From Chrysomallon squamiferum (Eukaryota; Animalia; Mollusca), in assembly GCA_012295275.1 (NCBI GenBank), contig CM022676.1, positions 11,656,001-11,720,000 of the forward strand: a DNA stretch of 64,000 nucleotides, written 5' to 3'. Positions 50,387 to 64,000 of the stretch are shown piece after piece; position 1 is the first letter of the stretch, and each line of letters begins with the position of its first letter. The notes below the pieces were generated by a model that worked only from the letters and a program-made list of their open reading frames with translations, made no database searches and had not been told where the DNA came from. The position numbers were made by a program, and so were the translations under genes.

Positions 50387-53354
50387 ACGTTTCTATTTTT
50401 ATTCATACTTGTGTGTATGCAGATGTCAGATGTGTACACATACACAATATGCAAATATGTATCTATACATAGATGCATACACTTCCATTGTTATCTGTTA
50501 GTTATTTAGCAAAGTGCTGGCAGTTGAAAAAAACAAACAAAAACAACTTAATAAAGTATAGGTAAATACGTAAGGGTCTTTCAACTATGGACTTTAATCT
50601 TAATGGACTTGACTCTGTTAACACAGGTCTGATGAGCTTACAGTAAACAATGACACAGGATCTGATTTACATTTTAAACGACTTATGTTTATTAAACTAT
50701 ATGTGTGCATAATGTTCTTAACATGTTCCTGAATAAATATTTCATTTTATAATAATCTTTACTAAACACTGTATTGTAAACCTGGTTATAAATATGCACA
50801 GACAGACACTGTGACATGAACCTAAGCTACAATGCGTGGTTGTATTCAAATGTGTCAGTGCATGAATAAGCATGAATCTACGTGTCTAATTAAAAGCAGA
50901 AACGCTGGTGTAAATAATTCACAGTAGGCAATATCACCTGTTACCAACCGTCTGTAACTGCATACTGTGTTATACTGCATTAAACACTATTCTCTGTAAA
51001 AACCATATTTCACCACCAAACCACACCTCATTATAAAACCATACTTCAGTTTAGGCCCAAACTGTATTTACTATCAAACCGTACTTCAGTGGAAAAAGTT
51101 TGGAACAACAAATTTTATCTTGCTTAGTTTATATAATAAGACTGAACATGATAAAAATATAAATAGTTAAATTATATTAAATTTATTTCAGATTCTTGAT
51201 TTTGAATAATAAAGCCTTGTTGTATTACAATTTAACAAAAAAAAAATTGTTTTTATAAATATACCACTGATTATGATTAACAAAGTGCCTTGGATATGAA
51301 AATTGACAGAACAAAGATTTTTCAGTGTGAAAATCCTTAAATAGCCACTCACACAATATTCCTTTTTTCTTTATTATATAAAAATCTTACAATTTTATCA
51401 CACTGCAAGACTTGTGATGATTCATCCAAACATGATACAGACGCATCACACTCTTCTGTGTAAGAAACTGATCTGTATTTTTAAGGCAAAAGAAATATTA
51501 AACATTTTCCCATCCTACAGTTACATGTAGTAGTATACACGATACGCCTGACGTGAATAATAAAATAACAAACTATAGAATGAACAATTCTTTTTTTTTC
51601 TTTTTTTTTTCAGTTAACCGATCTTTTAAATGTACTTTCCAGTGAGACATGGAGTTACAGTGAACTGTGTGTGTAGTTCACAGTAAAACACAAGACTTCA
51701 GTAAACAAGTGATTTGCCCATGGCTAGGATGTGAAAATAATGAGGTGGATGAACAGATCATACTCTGCATTAATCTTCACCCATCACTCTAACCATTGTA
51801 CTACAGACTGACCTTCACCTTCCGGTCATCTTGTAACTAATAACAATCTGTCATACAGAACAAATGTTTGATATTTTTGGATATCTCAGGTCATCAATGT
51901 TAAGAGGTGTGTGTTTTCAGTCAAGTGTTTAGTATACATGAAATGCTGTTCTACAGAGTTAATGAGAATTGACTTGTTTGACCAGATGGCTAGAAAAAGT
52001 CATGATCTACTGATGAAGCCAGCAATCGATAAAATGAACATTAGAAGCACCATGGTGCCTGCAACTCTCAGCTTAATCTTTTACAAACCAACCCACCAAG
52101 CATCATGAATCAACACTAAAGTGAAACCTTATTTCTTTTTCATTTAATAAAATCAATCAAATTTTATTGACATTAACTTTAAATATGAAATTTTATTAAT
52201 AAAATGCCACCTAGTTCTTTTATTTAAAAAAAAAAAAAAAAAAAAAAAATGATTTTAACTGACTTTTTATATGATTTTTTTACCTTTTTTTTATTTTTAA
52301 TTTCATTTTTTATTTCATGTTTTTTTTTTTTTTTTTTTTTATTTTATTCAGATTGTTTTAAACATTCATTTTTATTATTTTGTAAAAAAAATTAAAAATG
52401 AAAATACTATTAATGGCAGGATCAAGTATTCTGGTTAACCATCAGTAAAATTTACTGTTTTTATTACTGAATGGGTTAACAAGGCAGATAATAATTGTAA
52501 ATGGTAGATAAAAATAGAGGCACACAGGAAATTGTTGGAAACGTACAGAAAAACAAAGCTTGTGGTGAAGGTGGAGAGAAAATCGATGTACAGTACAGAA
52601 GTAGCAAATTACAAAAATCAATACAATCTGTTTAAAATTAATTTAGTGTTTCAGACATGACTACATGTAAGTCAATCTCCTAGCATCCACTCCATTTTAT
52701 TTTTGATTAGCAGTTTTTACTTGTTTAATGCAGGAAAGAAACAGTGCTCACCATTTTCACACTCAAAGAAAATTAAAAACTATGCACACTACTCTAACTA
52801 AAAAACTATTTATTTATTATGATAATTTCAAGAACAGCAAAGATGAATGAATGTTTTGTGACAGCTCAGCAGAATTTATAATTTGATACTGGATGTCAAA
52901 CTGAAGTCAAATATATGATAAAGTTAATAAATGAATTTATAATATAAATAACTATGTGACTGTGAAACAGCTAGTTTTCAGTTAAGCTGATATGATAATA
53001 AAACATCATTACTGCAGATGCAGTTAAGTGGATATAACAGAATGATGTTAATGTTTGTAAAATCGTGTTCTTTCTGCATTAATGTTAACTAATAACTATC
53101 CAACTTTCTTATCTGAGTCAAACCAACACATCTTACATACTCCACTTGAAGCGACGCGTGACATGTCTAAATATGTTGTTATTTATCTAAAAACTATCAT
53201 TTGATAATAGTTTTTGCATTTATCTTCATTAATATTAATCATGCGCATCCTGCCAGGCGCTGGTGTACAGGACACACAGCTGTAACATGCTTGCAAAATG
53301 TGCAGATAAATGAAAACATGCACATCACTTAGCTGTCTCACTAAGATGCTTGAG

Positions 53355-53357
<3 letters not shown>

Positions 53358-53422
<65 letters not shown>
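53358..53422. repeat. (GA)n microsatellite
   Basis: Seen directly. Similar tracts: 36729-36776 (CT), 44933-45000 (AC), 46764-46814 (GT), 57415-57495 (GA), 63531-63612 (CT/AT). Confidence 0.95.
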
Positions 53423-53424
<2 letters not shown>

Positions 53425-56400
53425 ATGTTAATGTCAAGCTGACGGTAATAAATATTGAATAAATTCAGTTGCTTTGTTGTTTGTTGCTTTTACAATTTAT
53501 CATGAAAACAATGAAGACCTGCTGTTAGAAAGCAAGAGATCTCTTTTTAGTCTGTTACTGTTACAATTTAATAAGAAAATAACAACATTTGGCTTTTCAG
53601 AACCTATCAAAAGTGAAGGATTTTCTGCATGCTATTATTTTTTTGTAAGTAGTTTGGGGACCCAGTTGGGATGTGATGTGGCCCGAAGGATTCGAAAGGG
53701 CAGACATCTGTTATGTAAATAAATGATGAATGAACATGTAAGTGTGTGTTAATGCGATGCACATAATGTGACACGAGGGATACAAGACAAAGCCTCAAGT
53801 CATGAATAATTCAAACTTCCGATATTGATTTACTGAACACCCTGCAAAAACTTCTCTTTTTACATTTTTTTTTTTTTTAAATTATTTATTTCTTCTTCTT
53901 TTTTTTCTTTTTCTTTTTTTCTTTTTTAATAATTTTTTTATTCAATACAGATTAACAGAGAAACACAATACATTAATATTATGAAAGAAAACATTAGAAC
54001 TATTTAAACATTCGAGCATTACGTAATGCAATCCACAGAACGCTGGTAAACTGAACACTAATAATTTCTGCACACAGTGATTACTCGACAAACAGCGCTA
54101 TCAACAATTCTCCTTTTCCGATGTTGCCATGTCTACAAAATAAATAATGCAACAAATCATCTCGTCTGAAGCCAGTGAAAGAAAAGAAACATTAGTGCAT
54201 TGCCAGGCAACAATTTCTGTGCATAAACCATCGGCAATTTGACAGGAACAGCTCAATCTGAGAACTAAACAGCCTTTCAGTCTCTCTCTTTACCTTCCAT
54301 TATCTTCTTCGTTTTAATACGTCAGTGTGCAAACCTCAGTGTTATCCAGTGTGACACAAGCAAAATGATGGTGAGCTGTGCTGTAGGCAAACATAAATTA
54401 CATAATATCAATTAGTTATCTAGATGTGTCAGTAATACGATGCTTCTCGACAGAAAACAGCGAGACGACAATGTATATTCAAGTCACAGTGGTTTGACAT
54501 TTAATATATTTAACAGTCAAACTGATGGTAATTTAGCTTCATAAGACAAAGGATATACTGATGTATAGTTAGATGTTCATTGTGTAACTGAGAGACTGAT
54601 ATATTTAATAAAGATATGGCAGTGTATGTCTGTGTGGTAATGGATACACTGGTATATTTAAATGTTAATGGTGAAATGGCAGTAGATGTTTATGTATTAC
54701 AATGGCAAAAATGAGAGATTAATGGAGTGTAGCTGGTAGAGTAATACAGTGACAGAAAACAGTATGTATGATAACCTAATATAGGATTCAACTGTTAATA
54801 GTGAGAGTGTTATGGAAAAAGTGGGTATAATGGTTAACAGTGAGGTAACAGTGAAAAGTGTTTATTAACTGTGAGATGTTAACAGAAGCAATGGGTTTGT
54901 TTAATAATGAGATGTTAAAAGATGAAACATGATGGTTTGACTGACAGTGAAAGTGTGAAGATTTATAATATATATTGTATGATGGTTAATACTGATAAAG
55001 ATGTATATATTGTTAGAAGTCAGGTGGTATTAATGGCAGTATGCTAATAAGCTAGATATAATGGTTAAAATGGTCATGTATATATAGTCATTATGAACAA
55101 TCAGTAGCAGACAAATTGTAACACATCACATTGTGAAAGAACACCGGGTCATTACTTAGTTTTGAAGAAATTAAGTTGTGTTGACAGTACTGTTCTGATT
55201 ACATAACTCAGAACCCATCACTCAAATTACATTCAGTGATATCTCAGTCCAGTTAAAACCTTCAATTTCTCAACACAGTTTCTTAAAGCACTGAGATGTA
55301 TGTATGCTTAATTCTAGTGACACGATGGGATGCAATTAGATGGTAAAATTGGTAAGTGGTAAGATTAGAACAAGTTGTTAAAATTACAGGTCAGAATGTG
55401 TTTTATTAAGAGACATCAACTGCTTTATCCAGATGAGAAAAATCAAGAACGTTTATTAATTCAGGTAATGTTCAAGTCCATTTTATCTCATAGGTTTACA
55501 GGGAATTACAACTTTTATCACAATTCTCAAATTGCAGCGGTCTGTCTTGTAGAGCCGTATCAGTTTTATTCTATCTCGGGTTGCTAAATTCCTGCAGTTT
55601 GGAGGAGGGTTTATTAGTATTATTACTACTGATTACTAATACAACTTAAAGAACTGGAACACTGGTCTGTGTTGCGTGTATTTCGTGTAAATCTTACATA
55701 CCTGAAGAGACACCTGGTGTTCATCAAGGTGTACATGCTATCAGGTGAGGTGATATGGAAAACATGTGTTGTACTAGCAACATTAATTAGCCAAACACAC
55801 AACTCTGCACATCTTTAACAAGTCTGGTAATAAAACATAGACTAAAAAGTATTATCTAAACATCATGCAGATAAATCTCGTTCCACATGCCTTTTAAAAA
55901 AAAAAAAAAAAAATTTAAATTTAAGTTTTTTTTTGTTTTTTTTTTTTTTTTTTCCTTTGATTTCCTGGCATTTTATGCTTTCTTGTTTATCTAACAGATA
56001 TTCACAGAATATTTCAGCATGTCAGCATGTATCTACATTTAAAAAAAAAAAAAATGTAATATATTAATAAATATAACAAGTAATAATAAAACAATAATAT
56101 TAATGTATTTTAAATAATCAAATTAAAAATTGTTTTAATTAATTATGTTAAGTAAATATAAAATATATTTCTATTAGATCTGTAATAACAGACTATACAG
56201 AAAACTTTCAAAGAACACATTGAAATAAAATGATAAACGCACAGATCATATTAAATACTCTCATACCAAGTTTGTGATCTGCTCTGAATTTTTAGCTTAA
56301 AAGAAAAATTGTTTTAAACCATATTAAAAGATTTAAAAAAAAATATAAATTACAGAGTTGAAACAGGGGTCAGATTGTATGAGAATAAACACAGCATGTG

Positions 56401-57410
56401 AAGGTTGGTTTATTCAGTAAATAAAAACATATATTAAACTTGTGAAGATGTGTAATATGAACTAGGTGTCATACAACTGTCAGCTGTACATTTACATACA
56501 CAACTGTTTTGCATGTTCTTTGTCGTTTACATTAGTCATTCATTTTATCTAGCCATGTAGATGACTAAGTCGGAAAGTGTTTTTTGGTGGGGGTTTTTTG
56601 TTTGTTTTTTTAATAAATACGCTGACATGTCTAAAATATTACCAACTTCACATGGCTCTTTGTAAATTTTTCAACCGTGACATATCAAACATTAATGCTG
56701 CAAAGATGAACTTGACAGAAATCTATTGTTAATTGTACTTAAACAAGCCTGGGCTAGTACTATGTTGTCAGGGTTTGTGTATACTAAAAATGTACTGCTG
56801 ATGTAAAACATGACTGTATAGTAATCTACTAACACTGCACTCTATGACAGGACAACCATTTCACACTGTTTTGTTACTTAAACTGATATAAGGATCAGTA
56901 TCATTTTACAGGTAGAGCTAAATCTGAAATCTCAGTACACATATAGGTTTCATTTTACTCATTAAGACTAAGAAGTAAAAATAATGCTGAGAAAAAGGCT
57001 GTGACCACCAAAATGAAACTGGCAGAAGTAAATTTTGTTATTTTTATGTAATTGAACTGTGGCTGTAATTGTGCAGATAGGATATTGAACTGAACACAAT
57101 AAGACATGACTCACTGAGGTAAGTGATTGTGTATCTGGTAAAATCCAGTAAAAACTAGTTTTTCTACTTATCTGAATTTACCTATTGATCTGCATATCCC
57201 TTGTTATTAAAGCTATATGAAATATTGTGTTTCTTATTTTTTTGCCCATTAACAAATCAATAAATGTTGTAACACTGAGTGCCATAACCAGCAGCACTGG
57301 AAGAAGTGTCATTATGCTGTCTGCCTAACAGAAATATTGATTACTCCGCTAAACCATGACCTTCAGTACATATTCTGTCACTGACCTTGTTATTCTAAAC
57401 AGCAAAGGCC

Positions 57411-57496
<86 letters not shown>

Positions 57497-60400
57497 CACA
57501 CAGATAAAGAGACTAAAATTTGCAGTCATAAATACTATTTCGAAGTCATTTCTTATGTGTAGCAAAACATCTTTTTTTAAGTACCTTCCCTTGGGCGTGA
57601 TAAAACATGACAACTGATACATCAGACTGGAATAAAAACAAGTAATGGATAAGGCTTCAGAACTGTACTGATAGATACTGGACAAGAACTCATGCATAAA
57701 TGCAAACCTACATCCCTTAATATATACCTTAATACAATAAGCTATGTGCAAATGTGCTTCAATATGTTAACTAAAACCATGAAATGTATCTGCATTAACA
57801 AGTGAAAGGACAGACATATGTTGTATCAATTATCATGCATACACCTTTTCTGCAGTGTATGCCACTGAACAATGTATGTTTATACAACTGACAGGTCACA
57901 TGTATTCAGACTAAGGTCAGTGTATGTTTTCTGTGCAGGAGAGACATACAGACTACTTCAACAATCAGTTCTGTATTCCAGATCAAAACTTGTCCTTGTA
58001 ACAGTCTACACAATGTTTTGTTTTGGCAAGAAAGCAAGATAGTTAAAATAATTAAATGTGGAAACCAGTGATACGTAACAACATGCATTGTGTTATGATA
58101 AAACATGTCAGTCTAATAACCTGCCTCTTGTCACTTGATTACAAATACAAGTTCATATTTACATACTAAAATTAATTTTCCCTTTGCACTGTAACACAAT
58201 AACTGTGGTAAGAAAAATAACATTGAGCCAAAAAAAAAAAATAATAAAAAATATATATATATAATTAACAATTAACCGTATATCAACATGCATGAAGTGT
58301 ACAAATATTGATAGTTTATCTAATATTCATCTTGAGAATTTAAAAAAAATAATAATTCAGAAATGAACAGTTATGTTAATGGCAGGAGGAAGGAGTAGTT
58401 GTAGTTACAATGTTAATAATGTTCACTCTTTCGTGTTTCAATTCCTAATTCTTGCACACCAAAAAGCATCTTTATCTTTAATTTTCATAACAGAACACTA
58501 TACAAATATTCATAATAGCAGAAATAATCAATTAAGATCTCTTTTTTTTTCATTACATTACTAAACAAAGTAAAAACAAGAGTCTAGTAATTTTTACAGT
58601 TTGTTTTTATTCCAGCCTACTCAGTCAAACATCAAGGCAGAAAACTGAACAAATGTTTAAATGTTTTACAAGTTAAGACCAAACTGACATAATGAAATAT
58701 GTAATATTTCTGTAAGTCATTATAGATTTTTCCTCCAGTTCATTAAGATCTTTTAAGCCATTGCTATGCTAAGAACAGTGGTTAGATAACATCAAATAAT
58801 GTTTGAGTGAGTTCTTAACCCAGGTGATGTTTTGAAGATTATCATATTAACATTATACCAATTGTCAAAGAGAAATTTGTTGTTTCCAGGCATGAAATAA
58901 AACCTCTTATACAATACTAGTTCTTAAAGACAATATGTATTCATATGACACATTACTTACAAACCTATCATTCCATGTATCTTTGTAGGTATGTATAAGT
59001 GTATGTGTAATTTATAGTGTGTATGTATGGATATATGAAATATATGAATAAATGTATGTATGAATTTATACATATTTATTATCCATTCTGGTAATGCTAA
59101 ACAAGATTCAGAAACATTAATCCAGCAGTAATTTTGGCTAATCCATGTCTAAATTTAAAAAAAAAAAAACAAGTTTCACTTCCACAGTGAACTTGAACAC
59201 AGCAGTGAATTAAATGACAGAGAACTGGCCAGCACATGGATGGAATATAACTGTGGAATATAATCGGAGGTAAAGAGCAAATCGCAGTGGGACATTTGCA
59301 CGTTTCCTGTATTTCCAACACGTTGAGTGTATGGGGGGGGACTGAGTGTTCAGCTAATAGATCACTTCCTTTACTCGCCACACTCACCTAATCACTGCCA
59401 GGCCATCAACGGAAGTAGACAACAATTAGACACTTTAATCAGACTTAATTACAGAGTGTTTAATTTAATTTCATTTTCCTCAATGCTAAGTATAGCATAC
59501 TTCATAACCGTTTGATAAACTTACAAAAAAGACAAATCGGATGAGATGTCATATATTTTTATAAATTGTGAGTGATTATTTTGCTTGGATGTAAATGTCA
59601 AAAGTAACCAGTTGAATCTAAAATTAAACAAAATTATGGGTTGTTGTTTTCTTGGGATTTTTTTTAAAAGAAATAATTTTTCAACTGTTTATATAAATAT
59701 TTAAAATTTTTAGAAAAAAATATCAGATTTCTGATGCTATTTATTACGATAAATAGCTTTTTAATATCAAAAAGAAAATTAAATGATTTAAATAGTTTTA
59801 TTTTCTGATTATTTTTTAACTGGTTGACAGCAATATTTAATTATCATTTAAAAGCAGAGTAAGTGATTATATTTAACAGAGTTTTAATAAACTACAAGCA
59901 AATAAGACACTTATTTCTACAAGCATGTTAATCTATGTGTATGTCTGTGCTTGCATCTAAAAGGATACTTTGATATTTAATCTAGAAATTATATGGAAGG
60001 GCTCAGGGCAATAGTATCTTACTGAGTGACCTTCTTTCAAAAAAGCATTGTTATTATTTCTAATAAGCTGATTATGAAATGCTTGTTATTTTCAAACAAA
60101 CCTCTGGCCTGGAGTAATAAAACGACAAGTCAACTGTGATTACTACAAACATTTGTTGTTTCCCCGAGGTCAGCCACATTGTTGTTTATCTTTTCTTACA
60201 CAGAACACTTGACACAATCTTAAAACATTCCGAGACGAAAAAAAGTTTTATATACAAACCCAAATTCCACATTTTTTTAACTATTTACAAAAAAACAATG
60301 AAATTCCTTCTTCTTGTTTTTTTTTAATTATTGGGCAGTGACTTATTTTTTTAATGCCAGTTTATCTTTATGCATTCCGCATTTCCAATTATTTTTAATT

Positions 60401-63400
60401 AAAAATAAATGATAACTTTCTTGCACTAGAATCACGAATTTTTAAGTTATTTAGTAAAACCATATTGATTTTCTCATGCTGAATCATACCCATCCCATCT
60501 CATTTATTCATTGCATACATATTACAACAGTCACAAGTTTTATAACATAATGGATAATAGATCTTTCCCGTATATACATTTTCCCAACTGAATTTCAAAT
60601 ATTCACTTGTGTTGTTTGGTATGGCTGCATTGACTCAGTTATAAATTCAATAAAATGTATTGATCAAATTTTAAGATTTGACTTTAACACTAATTGATAC
60701 TTCTTTATAATATTAATCAATGCTGTCAAAATTTTATTGTCTGATGTCTGCAACCATCAGCAACAAAATTTCTATACAAAAGATTTTGTTCAACCAGCAG
60801 TTCTTGTAGCTATTTTTGATAAATAAATATATCAAAATTTTAAAATTTAAAATAAACAAAAATAATATTCCAGATTTAAATAAAGCCAAGACAAATTCCT
60901 TAGTTTAACAAAACATTCTTAAAGAATAAACACTTCTTAGAATTTTCCATTTTATCAGCAAATTCAGTGAAAAACAATTATTTATGCCATTTACTGATTT
61001 AATGTGTGGTTTTAATTGCATGCAATAAAATGATGTAAGGAATCAAAGATATATAAAACAGTGGACTAGTATGCTTCTTAAATTTGTTATGTAATAAACT
61101 AATACTGAAAAAACTAAATAAATTGTAAATTCACACTTAATAACAAGTACTTTCTATTGTCTCTAAACCATTTATTCTGTAGATAATAGGGTTACAAAAA
61201 CAGTAATAATTTATTTAATTTCCATGTCCTTTTTGGGGAAATGATTTTTAAAAATTCAATTAACATATTTATTAAGTAAAATTAGTTATAAATAAATAGG
61301 CTTATTTAAGTAAATTCATTTTAAAATTATGGATCTTTTTTTCTTTTCTTTTTTTCATTGTATTGCATACAACAACGACTCGAAAATTAGTGCAGAACCG
61401 CTAATGTAAATACATGTTATTAACAAGAACTTAGCAAAAGCTGATTCCCCATCTCTTATTTCGTTAATCTTTATTTTCTAACTCTCCCTCAATTAATCAG
61501 TTACGGTCCAGATTTGAAAAATAAACACAATGACAGCCGTTGTCTATGCTAATGACCAACACAACACAATACCGCTATGACTCAGAGAAAAACATGTCGA
61601 TCCGAATTGCCGGCGACTGTGCGAACAGATCAACATAATAATTGATACATGAATGGGGATGTCCCAACAAAATTCAAGGCGTGAACGCGCGTTTTCTTTC
61701 ACCATTACAATTTGCAAAAATAACTACTTAAAGTTTGTTCTGCACAACGAAAATGCGAATGAAAGAACAAGATTAAAGTCCACCTGTATGTTTTTCGTTC
61801 ATTTTTGGTAGAATGTATTTCCGATTTTTTTTTTTTTTTTTTTTTGAAAATGTCCGCTAGGCTCATAGCTAACAACGCTGACAGATAGTATGGATGACAC
61901 AAATATTAATTGTACTTACATGTTACTGCTATAAAAACAGTCAAGATGAGAATCTGCGCCCGTAAACGAAGATCCATTATTAAGACAATCCTTATGAAAC
62001 ACTACGGTGTCAGTACAGTACGAAGATATTTTCTCTGTTAGGATCACAGTATCATTTGGCCATCCGTAACTCAGTGCTCGATTAGTACGCAGAGAGAAAA
62101 AATAGTTCGCATATAATCAAATGTTGTTCTCTCAGATTTTGAATCGTTGTCCCTTATATGTTATGTGTTTGACACTCTAATGATTATTAATAGCATTGCA
62201 GATACGTTTATAGCATTTAATTAAGTGTATTTTCTATGATGAATTTGTTTTGATTTAAATAACTGGCGAAGTACATTGCGCGGAAGTAGTTGCAAGGCTT
62301 TGCACAGGCAATGCAAGCCAACTGATTAGTTGCGATTATAGTAAACAAAACTGCATTAATTAATTTTCTCAGTTTAAAAAAAAAGTTTAAAAAAAAAAAG
62401 AATATAATATAAGATGAGAAAAAGAAAGAATTATTATTTATTAATAAATAAATACTTTTTAAACAGTATTTTTATTTTTTGTTTTTAATGATCTGAGTAG
62501 TTATAAAATTTAAAGATAGTGGCGGAACTAATGGGTGGTTGGGACAACTTGGGACTTCAAAGCCCATAATCCCCCCCCCGGATCCTTAAGATGCCATCCA
62601 TTCAACTGAAACATAAAACTATAATAACAAGAGAAATAAGAATGAATGAAGTCATTTCATTTTCATTTCACTCAGCTTTGTATATTTATACAGACGCACA
62701 CACTTGTTCGCCTACATGTGCACGTGCATCTGTGTGTGTGTGTGTGTGTGTGTGTGGTGTATAATTTTTCGATACTCTAAGATTAATGTAAAAATGTTAC
62801 TATTAAATTTAGGTTGAAATGCCCGTTAATAGTAGTATTAGTGACAGTTGTAATCGTGTTTGCATTAGCTGTAATAACTGTCATAGTTGTATTAGAAGTA
62901 ATAACTGTGGTCATGGTAGCAGTAGGCTGTAATAGTATTTGTTGAAGTTGTTGCTGTAGTCGTAGTAATAATTATTGTCATGATGTAGTGGAAGACGTAG
63001 CTGTTGTGGCTGTTGTGGAGGATTATACAAGGGTAATGGCAGTTTCCGAGTTTTACTCTCTTTTTTTTTTTTTTTTTTTCCCCACTTGGCATTGTTTCAT
63101 TTATTTATATTATTAATATTTTAAAATAATTTTTTGGAATACGTCCAGCGTTTTCTGTTTGATGCTGACCTCATATCATTTAGTGTGATCTCGCTGTGCA
63201 GGTCGTACTATTATCTAATAAACAATTGATCATTAGTTTTCTATTTTTAACGTGCATTAAATAATAAAATGTATTATAAATAACTAACAGAGCGCTATTT
63301 AGAAAGTAGTATAATAAATTAATCGTTAAAAACAGTCTCTCGTCTGCTTATAAATTAACAAAACAGTCATGTACAGTTTCAGTTTTATTTTCTGTTTTTT

Positions 63401-63529
63401 AAGTGTTTTTTCTTTTTTCTTTCTTTTTTCTTGCTTATTTTGTTTATTTATTTATTCATTTATTTATTTATAGTTATTTTATTTTATAGTTATTTTATTT
63501 TTTTTACTCATAAGACAACCAGGTTCATC

Positions 63530-63616
<87 letters not shown>

Positions 63617-64000
63617 CTATCTCTCTTTGACCTTTTAATATTTTTCGATTAATCGTAAATTTATAAAGAAAACTGTGAGTTCATATTTAAAAATATGATG
63701 ACTCATTTTCTTATCTGGTTATATTAGCAATTAAATCAGTTCTATTTTCGGTTCTACATACTTAAATATTTCCGTCTTTTAAATCTTTAATGTCCAAAAA
63801 AAAAAAAAAAAAAAAAAGGAGGAAAATAAAAGCACGGAAAATTGCTGCGTATGAAACATTATGAATCACAATTAATGAATAACTGAACTGCAAATTCTGT
63901 GAAATCTTATTTTTATTAATTTAATTTGGGGAGTGGTGGTTTTATACACCAGTTAAAAAATTAAAAAATGTTTGGGGCCTTTAACTCGTATATAATTTTT

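Noticed and set aside
61705-61902. MCHPYYLSALLAMSLADIF as the missing signal peptide
   Set aside because: It starts at TTG rather than ATG, has no phase-1 donor after the hydrophobic stretch, and runs into a poly-A tract.
30000-64000. Nested protein-coding gene or autonomous transposon in the large intron
   Set aside because: All ORFs are short and show no recognisable domain, RT or transposase motif. Small nested exons or ncRNAs cannot be excluded by eye.

Overview
AT-rich, microsatellite- and minisatellite-rich animal genomic DNA, probably a mollusc or other lophotrochozoan (inference). It is not prokaryotic, so most of the ORF track is spurious. The window holds most of one minus-strand gene: an NCAM/Fasciclin II/apCAM-family cell adhesion molecule. 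I reconstructed it by hand from GT-AG junctions and phase arithmetic: 5 Ig domains and 2 FN3 domains (14 exons, 21389-29977), an alternative GPI-signal terminal exon (11328-11428), and a transmembrane exon plus 3 cytoplasmic exons (485-2045). The signal-peptide exon was not found, so the 34 kb above 29978 is probably a large intron. Notable observations: (1) a bank of at least 5 frame-symmetric phase-1 cassette or micro exons between FN3-2 and the membrane anchor; (2) tandem repeats that copy the gene's own exon-intron junctions, one creating a candidate 15-nt microexon at the VASE-equivalent position of Ig4; (3) a 1-nt frameshift at the start of Ig5; (4) loss of the juxtamembrane cysteines; (5) a ~153-bp intronic inverted repeat and a paired CRE. 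All splicing calls are predictions with no transcript evidence.
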